This document shows positions 1-9,309 of a DNA stretch of 14,015 bases, in pieces; position 1 is the first letter of the stretch; each line of letters opens with the position of its first letter. The position numbers and the translations under genes were made by a program. Source of the stretch: Octopus sinensis (taxonomy: Eukaryota); the NCBI RefSeq assembly GCF_006345805.1, contig NW_021825985.1:1-14015 (forward strand), given 5' to 3'. Below the pieces are notes generated by a model, which saw only the letters and a program-made list of their open reading frames with translations, ran no database searches and was not told where the DNA came from.

Positions 1-44
1 TCAGAATTATAAACCGCTTTCTCTAAGCATTCGTTTTGTTTAGC

Positions 45-54
45 ATGACGTCAT
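45..54. promoter_or_regulatory. Perfect CRE/ATF palindrome ATGACGTCAT (motif match only)
   Basis: ATGACGTCAT at 45-54 contains the canonical TGACGTCA. No independent evidence of function. Confidence 0.2.
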
Positions 55-1074
55 CACTCAACCGAAACCACCCCACCCTAACCTCACATCTTTCATCCAC
101 ACCCACTTTTCCTTTAACCTTCATTATCTTCTAACAGCATTTTTTCCCATGAACTTGATTTGTTTTTTTTTTGTTTTTGTTTTTGTTATTGTAGTTGTTC
201 CTGTTCTCTGATATATTTTTATTTCCTTGGAGTAAAGAAACTTTTGATGAAGAAGTAAACGGTTATTCGATGTCGGATCAAACTTTTGTAAGAATCACGT
301 TACAGCTGTTATCAATGGACAAATGCTGTTATTTCATAATCCCAGGTCAATCGCGATCTCACGGTCCCCTATTTTCAAAGGTTTCACAGCCATGACAATC
401 CCGTCGCTTTGTATATCAGTGTATATATATTGTCCAGTGAGTCCTTAAAGTTGCCAGAAGGGAAATTTGGTGGCTATTTCTGGCGGGTCGATCGACCATT
501 TAAAGTTTCACAGTGTATGTTGTCTAACTCCAGGGTAACATGTAACAGACCGATAATCAAAAACATTCTAGCCGTCTCCTTGTATGTCAAAGACGACAAT
601 GAGCGACGAATCTTTCAAGGTGGAAGAGTGTGATCTGAGGGAAATTCAGCTGCTATTTCTAGAAGGTTGGATGACGAGGATGAGGCTTATAGCGTTTCTA
701 TTAAGATTTGGTAGTGGTGGTGGGTACTCTATATATATAAAGAGAAACAATTTAAAGTGGCCAGCGACATGTATATGAACAACATAGACAAATGCAAGTA
801 TATCAAATACTATTTATCATATATTCTTGATTTATTAAAATTATCTTCGCCTCAAGAGGATGTGTCACAGTTATGACATGGCAACTTAAAACAGCTCTAT
901 ATGAGAAGGGGAAGATAGGCTTATTACCTGGAGCTTAGTGGACAGTCGGTAGACGTGTTTCTGCCTCAATTGGCGTCATCATCATGACAATTGTCCTAAC
1001 CTATCTCCACCATTCTAACCTATCTCCAACTGATCCTATTATACTGTGTAATCGGCAAAATCAAAAATAAATAA

Positions 1075-1086
1075 TGCGCATGCGCG
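1075..1086. promoter_or_regulatory. NRF1/Ewg-type consensus site TGCGCATGCGCG (motif match only)
   Basis: 12/12 match to YGCGCAYGCGCR, isolated in AT-rich flanks (aaataaataa / aaattaaaaat). Confidence 0.25.
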
Positions 1087-1131
1087 AAATTAAAAATATA
1101 TAAAATAGTGACAATTTACCCATCGCATACA

Positions 1132-1198
<67 letters not shown>

Positions 1199-1264
1199 TA
1201 TATATATGTACACGCACATACATATCTACATACACACCAACTAAATAATTTATGTGTGTGTGTG

Positions 1265-1298
<34 letters not shown>

Positions 1299-1382
1299 TA
1301 TATATATGTACACGCATATACATATCTACATACACACCAACTAAATAATTTATGTGTGTGTGTGTGTGTGTGAGCGTCTGTG
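1132..1382. repeat. Compound (TG)n(TA)n(CA)n microsatellite containing a 100-bp tandem duplication
   Basis: tatatatgtacacgca[c/t]atacatatctacatacacaccaactaaataatttatgtgtgtg occurs at 1201-1260 and 1301-1360, with one mismatch. Confidence 0.95.
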
Positions 1383-1564
1383 TATATGTGAATGCGCTGT
1401 GTGTGAGTTGGTTTACGAGTGAAAGCAAAAAGATGAAACAAGACCTCATTTTTTATGAAACAGAAAATTGAGATGCAGCAATAAAGCAAAGACATTCAAC
1501 AAAATTGATACCTCTCTGTCTTCAGACATATCTTTATATTATATATGCATGCATCAATACTTAC

Positions 1565-1682
1565 GTGTGTGTGTGTGAGTTGCGTATGTGTGTATATGCA
1601 TATGTGTGTGTATATGCATATGTATATGTATATACATATGCATACATACATATATATATACACACACTCATATATACATATA

Positions 1683-1754
<72 letters not shown>

Positions 1755-1812
1755 CTATATATAATAATACATGCATACAGACATACATACATTATATATA
1801 TATATATATTTT
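1565..1812. repeat. Compound (TG)/(TA)/(CATA) microsatellite
   Basis: Directly visible simple repeats; long (TA)n core at about 1690-1760. Confidence 0.95.
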
Positions 1813-1971
1813 TATATCATTTCATTTCTTCAAAGAATAGATTATTATAAACTTCTGCTTGACTGTCATTTTGATAAAGCTAGGAAAATAGATGGATCGA
1901 TGGAGGAATGCCCGGGTAGATCGTTTGGCAGATAACGTCATGTTAAGAAGAGAGCTATAAACAAATGCACA

Positions 1972-2090
1972 CAAACACACACACACACCCTCATGCGTTC
2001 ACACAAACACACACACACTCAATCATATATTTGTGTGTATTTATATTATTAAACACACACACACACACACACACACACACGCGAGCGCGC
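1972..2090. repeat. Interrupted (CA)n microsatellites ending in a CG-rich run
   Basis: (CA)n at about 1974-1988, 2005-2018 and 2053-2080, followed by gcgagcgcgcgg. Confidence 0.9.
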
Positions 2091-2182
2091 GGATGAGGAT
2101 GAGAATCGTTTCAATAAGGAGATGAATATTGGTTGTTAATGGGTTTGCAAAGCGGAGACGAATTTTTAGTCCAGCTTATGGT

Positions 2183-2266
2183 ATAAATCCTGGGTCGATT
2201 TGCTTGACTGAATGCGGTGCTCCAGCATGGCCGCATTGAAATAACTGAAACAAAATGAAAGAATAT
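2183..2266 (+). mobile_element. 3' tail fragment of SINE family A (5'-truncated)
   Basis: ataaatcctgggtcgatt...gcggtgctccagcatggccgc...actgaaacaaaatgaaagaat matches the 3' end of the full-length SINE at 10365-10822 and is 79/84 identical to the reverse complement of 4321-4404. Confidence 0.9.
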
Positions 2267-2473
2267 ATACATATCATATATATATATATATAATATATAT
2301 ATATACATAATGATAAATCTCAGAGCGAGTTATAAACAGTAGCGGCAACACATCGTGACGTATATTTGCCATTTGAATATGGCTAACCCCTAAGGTGGAT
2401 GCTACTGTAGTTTTTTAGCCCCAGGAAGACACCTCCTCCAGCTGGCTATAGACACACTTTCTGTGCCCTATCA

Positions 2474-2495
2474 GACATTCTAACTACTATTTTCG

Positions 2496-2528
<33 letters not shown>

Positions 2529-2549
2529 GAAAATAGTAGTTAGAATGTC
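2474..2549. repeat. Inverted repeat with perfect 23-bp unique arms around (TA)n
   Basis: gacattctaactactattttcgt (2474-2496) is the exact reverse complement of acgaaaatagtagttagaatgtc (2527-2549). Confidence 0.95.
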
Positions 2550-2701
2550 ACCCGTTTATTTCATCGGGTTATTCGGGTTTCGGCAAACAATGTTTGTTTG
2601 GCTCGATTCAAATCGTGGGCGTGGAACGGGTAATTTTTTTTTTAACTTTAGGCGAGTCGAACGAATGTTGATGCGAATGGTTATTGGCGTGTTTTAAATC
2701 T

Positions 2702-2996
2702 ATTTTTATTTTCAAGCCTAGCCAGGCTCATGGGCCCGGTTTCTCTGTTTCTATGGCGTATGTGTTTCCCCCAGCTGGACGGGACGCCAGTTCATCGCAG
2801 CGTTACTCAAGAAACAGGAAGAAAGAGTGAGAGAAAGCTGGAGCGAAAGAGTACAATAGGGGTCACCACCACCCCTTGTCGGAGCATCGTGGAGCTTTAG
2901 GTGTTTTCGCTCAATAAACACACACAACGCCCGGTCTAGGGATCGAAACCGCGATTCTCTACCGCGAGTCTGCTGCCCTAACCATTGCGCCTCCAC
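2702..2996 (-). mobile_element. tRNA-derived SINE, near full length, with a truncated A box
   Basis: Minus strand reads gtggaggcgcaatggttagggcagcagactcgcgg...ggtttcgatccc (B-box-like, 2939-2950), then a body, then an A-rich end aaaataaaaata. The head resembles that of the SINE at 7175-7470. Confidence 0.85.
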
Positions 2997-3077
2997 TGTT
3001 TTAAATTGGGTTTTCTTTAATATGAAGCGTAAATGAACAAATACGTAAAGTAAAAAAATTCCGGAAATATAGTCGCA

Positions 3078-3486
3078 TTAATAATTATTTCTACTCGAAG
3101 CACTAGGTCTTGAAAATTTTGGAGGAAGGGAGCTAGTTCATTATATCAAGCCCAGTGTGAAACTGGTACTTATTTCAGCGACGCCGAAAGGATGAAAGAC
3201 AAAGTCGACCTCGGCGGAATTTGAACTCAAAACGTAACGGCGGACGAAATACCTATTTCTTTATTACCCACAAGGGGAAAAACACAGAGAGAACAAACAA
3301 GGACAGACAAAGGGATTAAGTCTATTATATCGACCCCAGTGTGTAACTGGTACTTATTTAATTGATCCCAAAAGGATGAAAGGCAAAGTCGACCTCGGTG
3401 GAATTTGAACACAGAACGGAAAGACAGACGAAATATTGCTAAGCATTTCACCCGGTTTGATAACGATTCTGCCAGCTCACCACCTT
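3078..3486 (-). mobile_element. tRNA-derived SINE with a tandemly duplicated body (dimer, about 184-bp period)
   Basis: Minus strand has A-box-like tggcagaatcg and B-box-like gttcaaattcc. The block gttcaaattcc[g/a]ccgaggtcgactttg[t/c]ctttcatcc...aaataagtaccagtt[t/a]cacactggg occurs twice (gtcgacctcgg at 3204 and 3388). The element ends in an ATT-rich tail. Confidence 0.85.
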
Positions 3487-3685
3487 TATAGTTGCATTAA
3501 TAATGAGATTTATTAGTTTACAAAATCATTTAATTCCGTTACGAAGGATATGTTGACCACAAACAAACTTAAAAAAAAATTTACCAAGGATGAAGAAACC
3601 AACCCAAAGAAGAATTACAGACACATCAAAGAGCAATAGAAATATGTGATAGAGCGATTTCTGGGAAAACAGTAAAAGAATAAAG

Positions 3686-3686
<1 letters not shown>

Positions 3687-3731
<45 letters not shown>
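3687..3731. repeat. (TA)n microsatellite
   Basis: Directly visible. Confidence 0.95.
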
Positions 3732-3732
<1 letters not shown>

Positions 3733-4230
3733 TAAAGGAACTTGATCATAGAACAAACATCAAATTCGAGTCAACGACTTTATACATAACACCATACCTC
3801 AAACATTTGATCATATATGAATATTACCATGCTTCTTAAACATATAAAAATACACATACACATAAAAACACAAGGTAAAAATATATATGCGAATAAAATA
3901 CAAATATATAGAACGGCCGATCAGAAAGGTAAATATAAACGACTAAGAATTCATAAAAATTCATAAAAACGTGTCGTGCTACTAAAAATTAAATAAACCA
4001 AGATAAAATAAGATATCAATCGAATAAAAATATTAAAAAAAAGTTTTTTCCTTTTAATCCCCTCACACAAGAGTTCATCTAAAAAGTCCAATTCTTAAAA
4101 CCATGGAAGGTTGGAGTGGAATTTGGTGTTTATTCTGTGATCAATGTTTCTTTAGCTTTGTCTCATTTACATTTGAGCACTTCTCTTTTGCAGTTCTATA
4201 AAACCCGTTTGTTTCCATAAAAAGCGATAA

Positions 4231-4294
4231 AATTATTTCTTGTCGTATATATATGTATATATATATATATATATATATACGACAAGAAATAATT
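4231..4294. repeat. Inverted repeat with perfect 15-bp unique arms around (TA)n; 64-bp near-perfect palindrome
   Basis: aattatttcttgtcg (4231-4245) and cgacaagaaataatt (4280-4294). The (TA)n core has one g interruption at 4255. Confidence 0.95.
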
Positions 4295-4320
4295 ATATAT
4301 ATATATATATATATAATATA

Positions 4321-4511
4321 ATATTCTTTCATTTTGTTTCAGTCATTTCAATGCGGCCATGCTGGAGCACCGCATTAAGTCAAAGCAATCGACCCAGGAT
4401 TTATTCTTTGTAAGCCTAATACTTATTCTATCGTCTCTTTGGCCGAACCGCTACATTACGGGGACGCAAACACACCAGCATCGGTTATCAAGTGTTGTTG
4501 GGGTGACAAAC
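4321..4511 (-). mobile_element. 3' half of SINE family A (head absent)
   Basis: The reverse complement (gtttgtc...ggtgtgtttgcgtccccgtaatgtagcggttcggc...gatagaataagta...ccagcatggccgc...gaaagaat) aligns to 10620-10822. Confidence 0.9.
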
Positions 4512-4553
4512 CCACACACACATACATACAATACATAATACATACATACATAT

Positions 4554-4599
<46 letters not shown>

Positions 4600-4736
4600 T
4601 ATAATATTATATATTATATTATATTATATCATATTATATATAGTATATATATATATATCATATTATATGTAATATATTATATATATATATATAATGTAAT
4701 AATATATATATATAGATTATATAATATATATATATC

Positions 4737-4787
<51 letters not shown>

Positions 4788-4795
4788 TATATTAA
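4512..4795. repeat. Compound (CATA)/(TA)/(TATTA) microsatellite
   Basis: Directly visible low-complexity tract. It begins as the internal microsatellite of the adjacent SINE. Confidence 0.9.
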
Positions 4796-5030
4796 TATAA
4801 ATTGGACACGGGTGATCATTGTATTCTTCTTGTCTTGAGCTTCACAGCCAATGGCTGGGTGGTGATTTGTATGAAAAATGGCACACATGTAGAGACGGAT
4901 ACATAGATTGGAATGTGGTTTGTATTTTATTCCTAGCTTCCATAGTTACCGAGAAATTCGGTTCAAACTTTTCTAATGGGATTCCCGTTTGTTCTGCCAT
5001 TAAAACAACCAGTTGCTCACACAGCAGGGG

Positions 5031-5042
5031 CACGCACACACA

Positions 5043-5115
<73 letters not shown>

Positions 5116-5143
5116 CACACACACACACACACCACACACACAC
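5031..5143. repeat. Long (CA)n microsatellite
   Basis: About 110 bp of CA with a few interruptions. Confidence 0.97.
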
Positions 5144-5481
5144 GTCCATTTCATATATCTTTCAATTTTTGCTCTGCAAATAAAACTTTTACACGGATAC
5201 AACTGCTTACAAAAATAGGGATTAATGTATAATTTCTTTCTATGTTCATAATTAAATCAATGTTTTAATGATTAGACAGAAGTCCAATAGAATAGCTCTC
5301 AGAAACAGACTACGTACAAATTTTTTCTTCACAACTCCTGAAGCTGACAAGGCTGGGGAGTCAGGAAATGTTCATACATCAGGAGGCTCCAATCGAAACG
5401 GACCCGAAATGATAAGGTTGAGAAACGTTGTTATAGATTATGCCTAACCGAAAACGATCACAGTCACATCATCGAAACAGA

Positions 5482-5509
5482 CCGGGTGAAACCGGGCTTA
5501 GCTGCTAGT
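5482..5509 (+). mobile_element. Helitron-type 3' terminus (GC-rich hairpin, then CTAG|T)
   Basis: ccgg-gtgaaa-ccgg hairpin (5482-5495), 9 nt, then CTAG (5505-5508) followed by T. This fits the hairpin plus CTRR 3' signature. The upstream boundary is not identifiable. Confidence 0.5.
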
Positions 5510-5782
5510 ATATTATATAAAATCCGTTCTGTTTGTCTGTGTGTGCGTCTTCTGGGATCTCGGGATTCCTCCATCCGATTGCGCTCAAATTTGATATGTA
5601 GATACCGACGGTATAAGTCTTGAAAAAATTACAAAAATCGATTCCAGGTGAGAATGTGATCGATAAAGCCGTGGGAACGGGCATTTGTACGCGCAAGTAC
5701 ATCAGCTGTTGCTGATACAACGCGAACGCGAGAAAAGTGCACGTGCAGTTTGCGCAAAAAAAGCCGGCTGGCTTGAAATAGT
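5509..5782 (+). mobile_element. Non-autonomous Helitron-like element (5' end and body)
   Basis: Starts tatattatataaaa, followed by a short (TCTG/TTTG)-like tract and ccgattgcgctcaaatttg. This resembles the 5' architecture of invertebrate non-autonomous Helitrons (recalled, not searched). It ends in a cluster of small palindromes and the hairpin aagcc-ggct-ggctt followed by atag|t. Confidence 0.5.
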
Positions 5783-6047
5783 GCCAAAAAATGCAGTATA
5801 TTTAAGAGACCAAAAAAGTAAGATGTAAAAGGGATATTTTCTTCAAACTTGGCATGAAGGAAGGAAAGACTATTTGGTTTCTCAAGAAGTCTTTTTCTTT
5901 ACCTTAACTTCGTTTAATAAAACCCAAAATGTTATTGAAATAAAGACATGCTTAATTATTTTTAATGAAAAGAAAACACTGATTGCTTTTTATTCAGCAG
6001 ATATAATTCAGCACCGTCCATTGGACGGGGGGGGGCCATTTTGCTCG

Positions 6048-6078
<31 letters not shown>

Positions 6079-6267
6079 ATATATCATATAAATAATTTTG
6101 CTCGAAATACTGTGTAGAAAAACAGCCGACAACTGATGAAGGGTCGTTCTTTATGTTGCTTGTCTTCTTTTCAATATGTTTCTTTCGTTGTTCGCAAAAA
6201 AAGTTCGTATTCTAAGTTTTCGGAATTCGTATTTCATGTTGTTTACGTTCTTTGACGTCCTGTGCCC

Positions 6268-6546
6268 ATGTATGCATATACATGTATATGTAAGTATGTA
6301 CATATATGTTTGTATATATATATATATATATGTTATTTTTATTATATGATTGAACGCCATGCATCCATTTCCAAGTAAGTCTTATCTTTTGTACATATAT
6401 ATATATATATATATATGCACGCATATATGCCCACACGCACACACACACACCACACACATATATATATATATATGTATATATATACACGCACGTATATACA
6501 CTCACAATATGTATGTATGTATGCATGTGTGTATATATATATATAG
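6268..6546. repeat. Compound (TA)/(CA)/(GTAT) microsatellites interrupted by a short unique stretch (6330-6392)
   Basis: Directly visible. Confidence 0.85.
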
Positions 6547-6814
6547 TGCCTAAACATTTATGTTTACCTAAACATTCACACCCATACCCACACAAATATG
6601 CACCTTTGTGAATATTTAGGCAAAATTTTAGTCACACTCGACTATTAGATTTGGGTAAAAAAAGGTGAAAAGAGTAGACTCACATATACTGGTTTGTGAA
6701 AAAAAAAGGGTCTAAAAGAATAAAGTTTGTCTTTTGATTTTCGTCTTCCCTCTTGTTATCTATAAAGGACTTGTCTATACTGGAAGCCAACCAGCTGTTT
6801 TACCACGACCACTT

Positions 6815-6851
6815 ACACACACACACACACACACACACACACGCGCGCGCA
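6815..6851. repeat. (CA)n(CG)n microsatellite
   Basis: acacac...acacgcgcgcgc. Confidence 0.9.
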
Positions 6852-7042
6852 TTAAATACGTTTGGTAGCCGAGTTTCATAAGTCTCTGCTGAGGTACGTT
6901 TCCTCACATTTTTTCAACCATGCATAATTATAAAAGACTTATGCAATATATCATACATAATTATTTATGTACATTGTGATTCGTAGTGATGTGGTACTGA
7001 AGCAGTTGTGGCCATTATTAAACTTATGTTACACTGACATCT

Positions 7043-7116
7043 ATTGCAACAAGTTGCTCAAAACCACATACCGAAAATATTAGAAAATATTGTGGTTTTG
7101 AGCAACTTGTTGCAAT
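7043..7116. repeat. Perfect 26-bp inverted repeat with a 22-nt spacer
   Basis: attgcaacaagttgctcaaaaccaca (7043-7068) is the exact reverse complement of tgtggttttgagcaacttgttgcaat (7091-7116). Confidence 0.97.
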
Positions 7117-7174
7117 TAACCCTTTATTATAATTAAAATATATATATATAGATATATATGTGTGTATATATATA

Positions 7175-7470
7175 ATTGATTCACCCGTCGATGACGGCGT
7201 ATGAGTGTTCAGCTACTTCCGAACGACTTGCACAAATGATTCGCTTATACTGATCAAATGTTCGTGCCGCACACTGACTCCCTCGCTCCATCAAATCGAC
7301 GTTGTCTGAACAGGTGCACCGTGTACCATGCGTCAGGTGTCGAAGTGATTACAGAGTAAAATGAGATAAAGTATTTATCTCAAGAACTCAATGCACCACC
7401 CGGCCTAGGAATTGAAACCAGGATCTTGCGATCGTGATTGCAACACCCTAACCACTAGGCCATGAGCCCT
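7175..7470 (-). mobile_element. tRNA-derived SINE, apparently full length
   Basis: Minus strand: agggctca-tggcctagtgg (A box, 7452-7462)...ggtttcaattcc (B-box-like, about 7408-7419), then a body ending gccgtcatcgacgggtgaatcaatt. Confidence 0.85.
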
Positions 7471-8950
<1,480 letters not shown>

Positions 8951-8979
8951 AAAGAATCACAAAAAGTCACATGCAGATA

Positions 8980-9290
8980 AGTCTGAGAGAATTAGTAGTT
9001 CCTTTCGTAGCTATGATGTGTCGTGTTCGATCCCACTGCGTAGAACCTTAGGTGATTGTCTTCACCAAATCCTCGGGTCGGTTCAAATCTCGAGCGAATT
9101 AAGGTAGACGGAAACTGTGTAGAAGTCCATCGGTCGGACTGTACCTTGTAATTCAATAGTCCAACCTTATCACATCGTATCACGCTGATTCTACCCGAAA
9201 ATTACGTTAAGGACATTTATGCCTGTAGAATACTCAGTCATTTCGCTCACTAATTCAATGAGTCGGCAGTTCAGTTGATCGAAGACATTG
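8980..9290 (+). mobile_element. Diverged tRNA-derived SINE sharing the family A head but carrying a different 3' part
   Basis: B box gttcgatcc (9025-9033), then cccactgcgt..cctt.gg...tgtctt...cctcggg...ggtagacggaaactg...agaag.cc.tcg, homologous to 10410-10519. Downstream sequence is unlike the family A tail. Both boundaries are approximate. Confidence 0.75.
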
Positions 9291-9309
9291 ACGGCCATTC
9301 GTTAAAATG

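Noticed and set aside
1090-1850. Cluster of overlapping ORFs rich in YI, HT, CV
   Set aside because: These are translations of (TA)n, (CA)n and (TG)n, which lack stop codons. Not genes.
2652-2697. Acceptor-like ttttaactttag followed by RVERMLMRMVIGVF*, reminiscent of a GPCR TM6 entry
   Set aside because: Only 14 codons before a stop, with no further transmembrane context. Chance.
2751-3451. Minus-strand ORFs 2751-2996 and 3227-3451
   Set aside because: Both lie wholly inside SINEs.
4842-5111. Minus-strand ORF containing AEQTGIPLEK, like a ubiquitin-fold motif
   Set aside because: Isolated short resemblance, the start lies in (TG)n, and the splice signals are weak.
4819-5232. 137-aa plus-strand ORF containing GGDLYE, like a kinase hinge
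   Set aside because: No other kinase motifs, and half of the ORF is (CA)n-derived.
5481-5502. accgggtgaaa..gcttagc also resembles part of the SINE head at about 3440-3458 (minus)
   Set aside because: Flanks on both sides do not align to that SINE. The hairpin plus CTAG|T reading explains the segment better, but the ambiguity lowers confidence.
6101-6165. Functional hammerhead ribozyme
   Set aside because: No GAAA follows CTGATGA, and the permuted fold lacks a valid helix I and cleavage triplet. Kept only as a low-interest finding.
6860-6902. Strong donor-like gag|gtacgt at about 6893
   Set aside because: No convincing upstream acceptor or reading frame.
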